Assembly: GCA_018060545.1 (NCBI GenBank)
Contig: JAGOVW010000001.1
Span: 61,203-125,202, forward strand
DNA from: Minisyncoccota bacterium
GTDB taxonomy: Bacteria > Patescibacteriota > Minisyncoccia > Phycocordibacterales > UBA2100
DNA: 64,000 nt
Reading direction: 5' to 3'
Shown: positions 17,148 through 26,423 of the stretch, in pieces
Layout of the letters: every line of letters begins with the position of its first letter
How positions within the stretch are numbered: the stretch's first letter is position 1
The notes under the pieces: generated by a model
Database searches by the model: none
Told to the model about the DNA's origin: nothing
The model's input: only the letters and a program-made list of their open reading frames with translations
Position numbers and translations under genes: made by a program

Positions 17148-18064
17148 AGCCATCGGTTACGCACAAAAAGATGCGCGACCGCAGCCATAACACCAAGAGT
17201 GACCACAACAACGAGCGGAAAGGCGTACACACTATCCTGCAGAGGCAAGCGCACATTCATTCCATAAAAGGCACCGATAATTGTAGGGATGGTAAGCAAG
17301 ATAGTGAGCGCAGTGAGCGTTCGCACAACTTTGTTCAGACGGTTGGACACGAGTGCCGCATGAGCCGTGCGGATATTCTGAATAGTTTTCAGGCTGTTTT
17401 TTGCACTTTCGATAAGCTGAGCATTGGACAACTGCACGTCCTCAACCATCTCTAGATCTTCTTCAAAAAATTGCAGATGCTTACCCGAGGTCATTGACTG
17501 CAACGCACTGTTTGTTGGCACCAAAGCACTCACAAACTCATTCAACGCGTATTCCATTTGTACCGACTGCTCGATAGCACTTTCTGATACATCTCGCACA
17601 GTTAGTCGGGCCCTCCTCACTTCCCTTCGTACCCCCGTGAACACCCGTGTGTACTCGCGCTCAATAGCTGCAATGAGCTGCAGAAAGAATTTCGCCTTCT
17701 GCGTCGTGATCACATCACTGCGTTGCACACTTTTATCGAGCCAATCTGGCCGTTCATGCATGACGGTAAGTACGTAATTCTCCCCTACCGCTATCAATAT
17801 CGGTGCAGTCGTGGTTTCTCCTTCAATGTGTGCTGGAAAACGCGTAAAGAAATACGGGGTCCCTTCTTCCAACTCCAGACGGGGCGCTTCAAAAAAGTCT
17901 TGTGCGTCGCGCAAGTGTCCTTCCTCCAGTCCACGCTCCCTCACGAGCAGCTGAATATCTTCTTCCGTAGGAGCAACAACTTCAACCCACACGCCCTCAC
18001 GAAAATCCGGCACCTCTTGCAGTGTAGATTCACCTTTGGCCCGGTATAGATAGCGCACAGACAT
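17144..18064 (-). CDS. corA: Magnesium/cobalt transporter CorA
   Basis: YGMNV (the GMN motif) before the two C-terminal TM helices; 306 aa. Confidence 0.85.
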   Translation of the reverse strand: MSVRYLYRAKGESTLQEVPDFREGVWVEVVAPTEEDIQLLVRERGLEEGHLRDAQDFFEAPRLELEEGTPYFFTRFPAHIEGETTTAPILIAVGENYVLTVMHERPDWLDKSVQRSDVITTQKAKFFLQLIAAIEREYTRVFTGVRREVRRARLTVRDVSESAIEQSVQMEYALNEFVSALVPTNSALQSMTSGKHLQFFEEDLEMVEDVQLSNAQLIESAKNSLKTIQNIRTAHAALVSNRLNKVVRTLTALTILLTIPTIIGAFYGMNVRLPLQDSVYAFPLVVVVTLGVMAAVAHLFVRNRWL

Positions 18065-18087
18065 GCGCAGAGAATAACACGTTATCC

Positions 18088-19875
18088 CTAACTGTGGAGC
18101 CCTATTTGGTACTCATACAATTTCTTGTAGACACCATCGTTTTTCTGAATCAACTCCTGATGTGTGCCCTGCTCTGCAACGGTGCCCTCCTCGAACACCA
18201 CAATGTTCGACGCTTTTCGTACGGTAGACAAGCGGTGTGCAATGATAATCGTGGTGCGGCCCTGCATAAGCTGCTCTAATGATGCGGTGATTTGGGACTC
18301 TGTTTTTGCATCGAGGGCAGATGTCGGCTCGTCCAAAATAAGAATTTTTGGATTACGCAGAATAGCTCGCGCAATAGCGATACGTTGTTTCTGACCAACA
18401 GAAAGCTTCACCCCACGCTCCCCCACGAGCTGTTCATATTTCTCAGGAAATGAGTCGATAAAGTCGTGGGCAAATGCTTGCTGTGCAGCAGCGACCACCT
18501 CTTCGTCGCTCGCTGAGCGTCTGCCGAAACGTATATTGTTCAGCACGGTGTCGTTAAAAAGTACAGGTTCCTGAGGCACCACCGCAATCATCTCTCGTAG
18601 TTGGCGAAGCGAAACGTCGCTCGTTGAAACGTTCCCCACTCGAACATGCCCACTCATTGGAAAATAGTACCCTCCCATCAGCTCGATCGCAGTACTCTTT
18701 CCAACTCCTGATTCCCCAACAAAAGCCACCGTTTCTCCATCGTGGATTGAGAAAGAAACATCTCTTAGAACAGTGCGTTCTGGTGCGTCAGGGTACGCAA
18801 ATGACACATGATCAAACACCACAGCGCCACCCTGAGCCGTGGGCGCACCGGCGCGCTCATAAACTTCCTGGTCTCGGCTAAGTATGCCCTGCACCTCATA
18901 GATATTGGTAAGTCCATTTTGAATCGTATTCCAATTCATGGCGAGACTGGCGAGAGGGCCAAACACCATAGCGCTGTAGCCATTAAGCGCCACCAAAGAA
19001 CCGACTGAGAGGTCTCCGCTCGTTACAAACCACACCGAACCCGCAAACACAGCAAGTTGCGTAAACACGACCGACAGCCTTTGGAAAAAACGAATCTTGA
19101 CCCAAATCATCTCAGAAGTATTCGAGGCCACACTAGCCTTTACGACGAAACCTTCATACATCTTCCGTTCGGCAAAGCCTTCGGCCGTTGCTTGCTTTAC
19201 CGCATGAATACTTCCCAATAGGTCATAGGTGTCACCATATGCTTCGTGCCAGGCTTTGTTGTTAGCCAGCTGTAATTGCGCTAGCGGAAGTGCAGCACGT
19301 ATAGAAACAGTGGCATACACAACCATGCCAAAAATTATGACGCCAGCAAGGATCGGCTGAAGAAACAGCGCGAAGCAGATGCCGATAACCATGCTGAGTA
19401 TTTGGGGCCCTATGTTCAGTAGAATGTTGTCGACCAGCTGCGACGCGTAACCACTTGAGCGACTGATCTTATTCAAGGTTTCGCCGCCTTTTTGTTCCTT
19501 ATGAAAACTGATCGGCAATCCAAGCAAATATGAATACCAACGATGTGCGGATGTGGCGTACACATGATTCCCCAGTTTTGTTGCACGAAGACCCAGCACC
19601 CAATCAATGAGCGCCGAGCAAAGTGTCACCAGAAACCAGAGCGAAAGAGGTACGTACCAGGATACTGGGGTTTCAGATCCAAGCGAAATAAGGCCGTCAA
19701 CAAAACGACCAACCGCATATGGCACTACCGCACCCAAGAGAGCCGAAGTGAGGCCAAGGAGAAGCAACACCCAGGCTTGAGCACGGTTTTCGGTAATAAA
19801 CGTAAGCAGTACTCGAGCAGCTTTAAGGAGATCGGTCCAGGACAGGTCTTTACGTTGATTACTGTGGGCGGACAT
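18088..19875 (-). CDS. ABC transporter, fused permease-ATPase (type I exporter, MsbA/multidrug-like)
   Basis: 6-TM N-terminal half. Walker A (GESGVGKST), the ABC signature (LSVGQKQRIAIARA) and Walker B (ILILDEPTSALD). Start trimmed to Met 19875 to avoid overlap with tRNA-Pro. Confidence 0.85.
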   Translation of the reverse strand: MSAHSNQRKDLSWTDLLKAARVLLTFITENRAQAWVLLLLGLTSALLGAVVPYAVGRFVDGLISLGSETPVSWYVPLSLWFLVTLCSALIDWVLGLRATKLGNHVYATSAHRWYSYLLGLPISFHKEQKGGETLNKISRSSGYASQLVDNILLNIGPQILSMVIGICFALFLQPILAGVIIFGMVVYATVSIRAALPLAQLQLANNKAWHEAYGDTYDLLGSIHAVKQATAEGFAERKMYEGFVVKASVASNTSEMIWVKIRFFQRLSVVFTQLAVFAGSVWFVTSGDLSVGSLVALNGYSAMVFGPLASLAMNWNTIQNGLTNIYEVQGILSRDQEVYERAGAPTAQGGAVVFDHVSFAYPDAPERTVLRDVSFSIHDGETVAFVGESGVGKSTAIELMGGYYFPMSGHVRVGNVSTSDVSLRQLREMIAVVPQEPVLFNDTVLNNIRFGRRSASDEEVVAAAQQAFAHDFIDSFPEKYEQLVGERGVKLSVGQKQRIAIARAILRNPKILILDEPTSALDAKTESQITASLEQLMQGRTTIIIAHRLSTVRKASNIVVFEEGTVAEQGTHQELIQKNDGVYKKLYEYQIGLHS

Positions 19876-19935
19876 AAAAATAGCAATGAAAAATGTAGAC
19901 CGAGGCACGCACCTGGAGCCAAAAACCAATATGTG

Positions 19936-20006
19936 TCGGGGCGCCGAGAATCGAACTCGGTCTATCTGGTCCCAAACCAGACGTACTACCGGTATACTAC
20001 GCCCCG
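19936..20006 (-). tRNA. tRNA-Pro (anticodon UGG)
   Basis: Minus-strand CGGGGCGTAGTATACCGGTAGTACGTCTGGTTTGGGACCAGATAGACCGAGTTCGATTCTCGGCGCCCCGA. Anticodon loop TTTGGGA; T-loop TTCGATT. Confidence 0.8.
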
Positions 20007-20084
20007 TATTCTTGCGCACCGGTCGAGGAAATATACCATGTGTGGTTATTTTGTCTAAAGGACATTGCTATTATGAAATGTCCT

Positions 20085-20489
20085 TTATAGCGATTCAACG
20101 TGCTCTATAAGCCTGCAGAAGGCCCGTAGCGAGCTTTTTTCCATCTCTACGGCTACTACATCAACTTGAGCTCTATGGTCCATTTCACGTGAAACTAGAT
20201 AAAACTCCCCCACTGCCCTTATTTTCCTCACTTTCTCAGTATGAACCAGCTCCTCAGGCCTGTACCCTGTTGATGTTCCGGGCTCAAGGTTCATTTCACG
20301 TGAAACCGCTTTAACTTCAACAAAGTGAATTGTCGAACCCTTCTGGGCAATAATGTCTATTTCGCCACGAGCAATGCTGAAGTTCCGCGCAAGGACCGAG
20401 TAGCCACGAGCTATTAGAAAGGCACAGGCCAGATCCTCCCCAAGGTTCCCCGTTCTGCGTCTTTCGCTAATCATAGATAGATTGTGCAC
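20085..20489 (-). CDS. yraN: YraN-family (UPF0102) predicted endonuclease
   Basis: GEDLACAFLIARGYSVLARNFSIARGEIDIIA...HFVEVKA...; the family pattern. It contains two copies of the GTTTCACGTGAAATG 15-mer, each encoding VSREM. Confidence 0.7.
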   Translation of the reverse strand: MHNLSMISERRRTGNLGEDLACAFLIARGYSVLARNFSIARGEIDIIAQKGSTIHFVEVKAVSREMNLEPGTSTGYRPEELVHTEKVRKIRAVGEFYLVSREMDHRAQVDVVAVEMEKSSLRAFCRLIEHVESL

Positions 20490-20585
20490 TCTGACGGTGT
20501 CATGACATTATACCGCACGACCACAAGTTTGGCCGTTTCACGTGAAATCACTGCAACATGGGTGCCCAGACATTTCACATGAAAC
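20182..20585. repeat. Four copies of a 15-nt near-palindrome CATTTCACGTGAAAC (core TTTCACGTGAAA). Two are inside yraN and two are in its upstream region
   Basis: Copies at 20182-20196, 20292-20306 and 20534-20548 (inverted outer bases), plus 20571-20585 with CACATG instead of CACGTG. Confidence 0.6.
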
Positions 20586-20638
20586 GTTTCTAAGAAACAT
20601 AATACTCTTGCCCGCAATAAAGACACCTTTTGTCCGAT

Positions 20639-20690
20639 TAATCCACATGTCCACAGGGTTTATCCACACGTCCAATACTGCGGTGGATAG
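20639..20690. promoter_or_regulatory. Cluster of DnaA-box-like 9-mers between yraN and the downstream secreted-protein gene
   Basis: TAATCCACA (20639-47; 1 mismatch), TTATCCACA (20660-68; perfect consensus) and CTATCCACC on the opposite strand (20682-90). Confidence 0.4.
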
Positions 20691-20921
20691 CATTAAAGAC
20701 AACTCACGCCCCGATTATGGCTATATTTTAAGCCAAGATATCCATTTGACTGCAAGTGGCACCTCATGATAAAACCACGTAAGCAACATTTCATGTTGAC
20801 CTTTCTCCTTGCACAAAAGATAGGCCTTTTCAGTCCCAAAAGACCATAAAAGACCCTAGCGCCTACCCACACTGGGAGGGGGCGGCCACCGGATTCCATT
20901 ACAAACTCCAGAATTATAGCT

Positions 20922-22043
20922 ATGTATACGACGAAAAACGTACTTACTTTGCTTGCCGGCGTCTCTTTTGCCATGTCACTTGTGCTGGCACCAGTAGACA
21001 CCGCACATGCCCAAGTAAGCAACACGATTCAATGCAACCCGTCTGAAATCTCCGGTTTTGTCCCTTACGTATATGATGGCCAGCTGCACTCATTCGATTA
21101 CTTTCATAATGGTCTTCCAGGGACTATTTTGAGGACAACAGTAGGTGGCATAACGCTTACACCAAACTATACGTCTGTTTGGATCTCAGGTACCACCACT
21201 CAAAAGGTACACGTTGACGTTCCTGGATGGTACTCACTCAGCGGCAACGTTCCTGTTGTTGTTGAAGTACTTTCACGCACAGGGTGTGCGAGCACTCAGA
21301 CATTCGCCGTGATGCTGCCAGTCACTCCAGTGAAACCGACCTATACGGTAGCCATTGCGCCAGTACCGTCATTTGTACCTACTGCTACACCTACTGCTCC
21401 TATCATTGAAGCTTCTCAGCCTGTCGCACCAACCGAAACACCCACAGTCAGCGCCTTGCCGTCGATTGAGCTTTCAGTTTCGTGTAGCCCTGAAAAGGTA
21501 GCTCTCACGTGGGATGCACCGAAGGGCACCGCAAACGAGTTTGCTATCGAACGCGCCAATACCGGTGAATCCTTTATGCGCCTAGAAAGCGTTGCTGGAA
21601 CAGTGCTTACTTTCACGGACGAGAACGTCTCTGCGGGAGAACAGTACGCCTACCGCGTCATTGGCCTTAAGGAGGGGAGGGCCGTGCTTTCATCGCCTAC
21701 AAAGGATTGCGGTGTACCCGCGAATGCTGCAGGCGCGACCGTGCCAACAAAAGCAGCAGGGAAGTGTGGGTGGGCATCTCAATGGTGGACTGTATTCCTC
21801 ATTGCTCAAATCGTCACATCACTCATCATCATAAACCTGCTTTCAGAGCTCCTCAGAGGTAACGGTTGGCGATTTACGCTCGCCCTCTTCCTACCTTTTG
21901 CACTGCTACTTGGGTTATGGTTTGCCTTTGACGTATGCCGGTCAAACCAATGGTTTCCAATTATGGTCACACTGATCACCTTGGCCACCTTGTTTGCCCC
22001 GACCTTCTTCAAAGATGCTCACCAGGGAAACCCATCTCTCTAA
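20922..22043 (+). CDS. Secreted/membrane protein with a fibronectin-III-like middle domain and C-terminal TM helices; hypothetical
   Basis: Signal peptide. LTWDAPKGTANEFAIERANTGESF...YAYRVIG (FN3-like). A Pro/Thr-rich linker. Two or three C-terminal hydrophobic helices. Confidence 0.5.
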   Translation: MYTTKNVLTLLAGVSFAMSLVLAPVDTAHAQVSNTIQCNPSEISGFVPYVYDGQLHSFDYFHNGLPGTILRTTVGGITLTPNYTSVWISGTTTQKVHVDVPGWYSLSGNVPVVVEVLSRTGCASTQTFAVMLPVTPVKPTYTVAIAPVPSFVPTATPTAPIIEASQPVAPTETPTVSALPSIELSVSCSPEKVALTWDAPKGTANEFAIERANTGESFMRLESVAGTVLTFTDENVSAGEQYAYRVIGLKEGRAVLSSPTKDCGVPANAAGATVPTKAAGKCGWASQWWTVFLIAQIVTSLIIINLLSELLRGNGWRFTLALFLPFALLLGLWFAFDVCRSNQWFPIMVTLITLATLFAPTFFKDAHQGNPSL

Positions 22044-22126
22044 ACGTCCTACCTCGCGCGTTTGAGAGGGTTCTGCACTCGAGTACAGTTGAACAGCTCC
22101 GCATAGTGTGAGAATATGCGGGGGCT

Positions 22127-22197
22127 GCGGGCATGGTTAAGTGGTATAACACGTCCTTGCCAAGGATGAGTCGGGAGTTCGATTCTCCCTGCCCGCA
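22127..22197 (+). tRNA. tRNA-Gly (anticodon GCC)
   Basis: GCGGGCATGGTTAAGTGGTATAACACGTCCTTGCCAAGGATGAGTCGGGAGTTCGATTCTCCCTGCCCGCA. Anticodon loop TTGCCAA. Confidence 0.85.
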
Positions 22198-22202
22198 CTG
22201 CC

Positions 22203-22237
22203 AAAACTAAAGCTGCCTTCTAGGCAGCTTTAGTTTT
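22203..22237. terminator. Terminator hairpin after tRNA-Gly(GCC)
   Basis: aaaactaaagctgccttctaggcagctttagtttt. Confidence 0.55.
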
Positions 22238-22257
22238 GTAAGAGTCATTGCAAAGGG

Positions 22258-22320
22258 AAGTGGTTCCTACCCGGGCTGGCTCGTTTGCTACCTCTCCATG
22301 CTCGGTATTCATTCGGGCAT
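22258..22320. repeat. Conserved ~60-nt element, copy 2 (copy 1 is at 15485-15549). It lies between tRNA-Gly(GCC) and tRNA-Arg
   Basis: ggaagtggttcctacccgggctggctcgtttgctacctctccatgctcggtattcattcgggc. Confidence 0.5.
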
Positions 22321-22391
22321 CGCTTTTCGAGCCCTGGTCGCGGCTAGAAAGTCAAAGACGCTGAATGCTGCGCATCCGTGTCTTCGTTTTG

Positions 22392-22463
22392 TGCTCCCGC
22401 CAGGACTCGAACCTGGAATAACTGATCCGAAGTCAGTCGTGATATCCATTTCACCACGGGAGC
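22392..22463 (-). tRNA. tRNA-Arg (anticodon UCG)
   Basis: Minus-strand GCTCCCGTGGTGAAATGGATATCACGACTGACTTCGGATCAGTTATTCCAGGTTCGAGTCCTGGCGGGAGCA. Anticodon loop CTTCGGA. Confidence 0.8.
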
Positions 22464-22521
22464 GTGCCGACATGATACGCTTTATGTCGCCCAAGTACAA
22501 CAAAAGTACTACAATGCTGCC

Positions 22522-23988
22522 ATGCGTAAGCTCAACGTACCAAGAGAAGTACTCCATGTGGCGACCCAGCTCACAGACGCTGGGTTTGAAGCCTACCTCA
22601 TTGGCGGGTGCGTCAGAGACCTCCTCATTGATAAATGCCCAAAAGACTGGGACCTCACCACCAATGCCACGCCAGAAAAAATTCAGGCAATTTTTCCCGA
22701 ATCATTCTACGAGAACACTTTTGGCACCGTTGGGATTAAAACAGACTCTACCGATGCAACACTGGCGATAGTGGAGGTAACCCCCTATAGAGAGGAGGGC
22801 AAGTACAGCGACGCACGCAGACCAGACGAAGTGCGCTTTGCAGACACCATCATCGAAGACCTGCGTCGCAGAGATTTCACGATAAACGCGATTGCATACG
22901 AACCTCTCAAGGAGGAGCTGGTTGACCTCCATCAGGGAATTGAAGACATTGGGCGTAAGATGCTACGCACGGTGGGGGACCCAAGTGGCCGGTTCGCTGA
23001 AGATGCGTTGCGCATGATGCGCGCCGTCCGACTTTCTGCAGAACTCGGATTCACTATAGAAAATGCAACGTTAGAAGGAATCGCCGCAAACTCGGCTCAT
23101 CTTTCCAAGATCTCACGAGAACGCATCCGTGATGAATTTGTAAAAATATTGAATACAGACAGCCCCATGCAGGCGCTGTATATTGCACAGAAGGTCGGGC
23201 TGTTGGCACATATTATTCCAGAACTCGAAGAGGGGATTGGGTGTTCACAAAACCAAGCCCACGCATTTGACGTGTTCGAACACCTTCTCAGGAGCCTCCA
23301 ACACGCCGCAGACAAGAAATGGCCGCTCCCAGTGCGACTGGCAGCTCTATTGCACGACATAGGTAAACCACGAACACGTGCACATGATGCGAAAAAGAAC
23401 GATTGGTCTTTCCATGGTCATGAAGTGGTAGGAGCCAAGATGGCAAAAAAAATACTCCAGAACCTACATTTCTCTAAGGAAATAACAGATGAGGTAGTCA
23501 CCCTGATTCGCTGGCACATGTTTTTCTCAGATCCGGACGAGATTAGCCTCTCTGCGGTTCGGCGTACCATTGCCAACGTTGGGGAAGGACGCATTTGGGA
23601 CCTTTTAAACCTGCGTATATGCGATCGCATAGGTACCGGTAGGCCAAAGGAGCAGCCTTTTAGACTCCGAAAATACATTTCGATGGTAGAAGAAGCGCTG
23701 CGGGATCCAATATCTGTTAGCATGCTTAAAATCGATGGTAACCGCATCATGACCATAGGGGGAGAGAAGCCGAGCAGACGACTCGGTTGGGTTTTACATG
23801 CACTACTCGAAGAAGTCCTCGATGACCCGGCAAAAAATTCCGAAGAGTATCTCGAAGAGAGGGCTTTGCAGCTCCTTGCGTTGCCTGAAAATGAGTTGAG
23901 TGCATTAGGCGAGGCAGGGAAGGAGCGGCGATCTGAAGAGGACGAGAAAGAGGTGGCTGCACTAAGAAAGAAACACCATGTGACATAG
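22522..23988 (+). CDS. cca: tRNA nucleotidyltransferase (CCA-adding enzyme) with a C-terminal HD domain
   Basis: GGCVRD...DWDL pol-beta NTase head, RRDFTINA, and an HD motif (LLHDIGK). Confidence 0.85.
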   Translation: MRKLNVPREVLHVATQLTDAGFEAYLIGGCVRDLLIDKCPKDWDLTTNATPEKIQAIFPESFYENTFGTVGIKTDSTDATLAIVEVTPYREEGKYSDARRPDEVRFADTIIEDLRRRDFTINAIAYEPLKEELVDLHQGIEDIGRKMLRTVGDPSGRFAEDALRMMRAVRLSAELGFTIENATLEGIAANSAHLSKISRERIRDEFVKILNTDSPMQALYIAQKVGLLAHIIPELEEGIGCSQNQAHAFDVFEHLLRSLQHAADKKWPLPVRLAALLHDIGKPRTRAHDAKKNDWSFHGHEVVGAKMAKKILQNLHFSKEITDEVVTLIRWHMFFSDPDEISLSAVRRTIANVGEGRIWDLLNLRICDRIGTGRPKEQPFRLRKYISMVEEALRDPISVSMLKIDGNRIMTIGGEKPSRRLGWVLHALLEEVLDDPAKNSEEYLEERALQLLALPENELSALGEAGKERRSEEDEKEVAALRKKHHVT

Positions 23989-23990
23989 CT

Positions 23991-24014
23991 AAACCCCGCA
24001 CAAGTGCGGGGTTT
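23991..24014. terminator. Bidirectional terminator between cca and the NUDIX gene
   Basis: aaaccccgcacaagtgcggggttt. Confidence 0.55.
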
Positions 24015-24557
24015 CTATAAAACCGATTTGAAGGACGAAACAATGCCTTGATGGTGCAACGAGCTCCAGTTCCGCCGAATGCAAGCCACAAAGAGCTCGT
24101 AGGTAAAGCGGTCTAGGCGGCACCCTTCAGAACCAGTCTCCTTCCCATTAAAGGGCAGACGGTCAATCGGGAAATACCGGACCGCAAACACCTCAGAGGT
24201 CTTGAAATCCTCAATGATGTTCAGCTTCTGGGGTGAAATGCCAAGCACCAAGAGTGCTCGAGTCTTGCTCGCTAGCTGGCCACCATTGTTCTGCAGAAGA
24301 ATATCGGTCTTCGGAACAGAACATCCGGTTTCCTCACCAAATTCACGGCGCATTGCCGCGAAGGGTGTTTCACCATCTTCGATACTTCCTCCAGGGATGC
24401 GCCACCACGGTTCACGTGGCGATTTGTCCGCCTTATCCAGAACGAGCAGTATCTCAGGGGTACCAAGTATGGTGAAATTTTCCTTCTTGATGGTCGGTAT
24501 ACACACATGCGCATACCGTATAGTTCGCCAGAAGCTGGCGTGATAACGCACAGTCAT
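24015..24557 (-). CDS. NUDIX hydrolase
   Basis: Nudix box GGSIEDGETPFAAMRREFGEETG. Confidence 0.8.
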   Translation of the reverse strand: MTVRYHASFWRTIRYAHVCIPTIKKENFTILGTPEILLVLDKADKSPREPWWRIPGGSIEDGETPFAAMRREFGEETGCSVPKTDILLQNNGGQLASKTRALLVLGISPQKLNIIEDFKTSEVFAVRYFPIDRLPFNGKETGSEGCRLDRFTYELFVACIRRNWSSLHHQGIVSSFKSVL

Positions 24558-24955
24558 GCCACCTCCTGGTTAGGATTGTTTTGCGCTCAAAACACCATAC
24601 CATAGAAATACAAAAACAAAAGCCGCTTCGCGGTTTTCTATATACCTGCGAAGCGACCTTTCAGACGCATCCTTTTTCACAATTTTTCAATTAATACCCT
24701 TTATTCCAATCAGAGTTACTTTTTAGAAGTCTCGGCTTCTTATGTTTTCGCTCCTACTATTACGTTTTTTGTTGGAGGTAAATTGTTTATGTATTGTGTC
24801 TGTGTGATCCTCGGCACACAGATTGGATGCTTATGTGTAATGAACAATTTCTTCATGTAGTATCTGTCCTTTACACAAACATGTAAAGGACATTTGCAAC
24901 ACACCTGTGGACAACTCCACACCTCTCCCCGGTACACAGTATTGAGGGGTGTCCT

Positions 24956-25747
24956 TTATCCAATATCAACAGATACAGGGCAGTGATCAGACCCAAGTAT
25001 ATTTGCATGAATGGATGCACTTTTCACCTTTGCAGCCATGCTTGCACTTACAAATACGTAATCTATGCGCCATCCTACATTTCGCTCGCGCGCATTGCGC
25101 CAGGGTGTCCACCATGTGTAATGTCCTTTACCTGCTGTGAACATGCGGAGCGTGTCGACGAAACCTGCAGTGATTATGTTGTCCACACCCTCACGTTCTT
25201 CTTGTGTAAAACCATGTTCGCCTTCGTTCTCTTTAGGGTTGGCTAGGTCATCTGCAGTGTGCGCCACGTTTAAATCACCGCAAAAAACGACTTCTTTCTT
25301 TTTTGCCAGCGTTTCACAGTGCTCCAAAAAGGCAGGGTCCCAGTGCTTGTGCCGCATAGGGAGGCGCGATAGGTCACCTTTTGAATTTGGCGTGTAGCAG
25401 TTCACGACGTAAAACTGCTCGAATTCCAGGGTAATAACCCTACCTTCACTTGTGAGATCGCCGTATCCGTCGATTAGTTCATATTTCTTGGTGAGCGCGG
25501 GGTCAAAGCCAATATGGACAGCCAGTGGTTTCACCTTGCTAAAGATAGCGGTGCCGCTGTACCCCTTCTTTTTGGCTGAATTCCAATACTCTTGGTAGTC
25601 GGGAAGGTCAATGACTGCCTGTCCCTGCTCCGCTTTAGTCTCTTGTAGGCACAAAATATCAGGTTTCAGTGTTTCCAGCATGGGAATAAACAAATTCTTA
25701 TTGTGGACACTCCGAATCCCGTTTACGTTCCATGAAACAATGCGCAT
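24956..25747 (-). CDS. xth: Exodeoxyribonuclease III (AP endonuclease, EEP fold)
   Basis: MRIVSWNVNGIRS...LCLQETK, and the C-terminal SDHCPV. Confidence 0.9.
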   Translation of the reverse strand: MRIVSWNVNGIRSVHNKNLFIPMLETLKPDILCLQETKAEQGQAVIDLPDYQEYWNSAKKKGYSGTAIFSKVKPLAVHIGFDPALTKKYELIDGYGDLTSEGRVITLEFEQFYVVNCYTPNSKGDLSRLPMRHKHWDPAFLEHCETLAKKKEVVFCGDLNVAHTADDLANPKENEGEHGFTQEEREGVDNIITAGFVDTLRMFTAGKGHYTWWTPWRNARERNVGWRIDYVFVSASMAAKVKSASIHANILGSDHCPVSVDIG

Positions 25748-25835
25748 GCACGCATGCTACCACAACGGCCCAACCACGAGGTTGGGCCGTTTCAAGAACT
25801 GTACCTAGGCATAGGGAGGGTGACCGGGCCAGTTT

Positions 25836-26396
25836 CTACGTTTGCACCTCGTACTCAGTGTAGTCCTTTCCCTCCTTCCAATCGGCATCGTAACGTCTGT
25901 ATCGCGCCCACGCGGGTGTAATCTTGTAAAAAACGTACGTACCTTCTCGCATTTGCGATACGGGAGGAACCCAGCGCGAAACATCGATGTTGAAGAGGCC
26001 GTGCGTATCGCGATCCGCTGGAGACATCCACCCCTTACGTTCCTTAGCGAATGTTTCGCGCAAAGATTCTAGCAATTGGCGTACCTGGATAGGGTCCGCG
26101 ACCGCCTCTGCTTCACCGCGGAGCTGTAGCGTTTCTAGCGTTTCTGCATCTGCTAGGGCGACAGAGACCGCCGAGTTTTCTTCAATATCGTGAAACTTCT
26201 GCGTTGTCGTGCGCGTCCCAATATAGAAAGTAAAATCGTCATGTGCGAAGACATACACCCACGATGCAGACGGGTAATTTGCGGACGAACTGGTAGCAAT
26301 AACTCCGAGTGGGTGTTTTAAGGCAAACAGCACCATTGTTGATTTAATATCTTCAGGAGTTCTTGGTTGCATCTCAGTATCGTAGGTCATGCCCAT
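25836..26396 (-). CDS. Pyridoxamine 5'-phosphate oxidase-like FMN-binding split-barrel protein
   Basis: PNPOx-like pattern (…HPLGVIATSS…WVYVFAHDDFTFYIGT…); the start is uncertain (track 26420). Confidence 0.5.
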   Translation of the reverse strand: MGMTYDTEMQPRTPEDIKSTMVLFALKHPLGVIATSSSANYPSASWVYVFAHDDFTFYIGTRTTTQKFHDIEENSAVSVALADAETLETLQLRGEAEAVADPIQVRQLLESLRETFAKERKGWMSPADRDTHGLFNIDVSRWVPPVSQMREGTYVFYKITPAWARYRRYDADWKEGKDYTEYEVQT

Positions 26397-26423
26397 AAAA
26401 ACACAACATCCACTGTTCACATG

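Noticed and set aside
18094-20058. Plus-strand ORFs antisense to the ABC transporter (e.g. 19543..20058, 171 aa)
   Set aside because: They overlap tRNA-Pro and the well-supported transporter gene. Their composition is Arg/Lys-rich and non-protein-like
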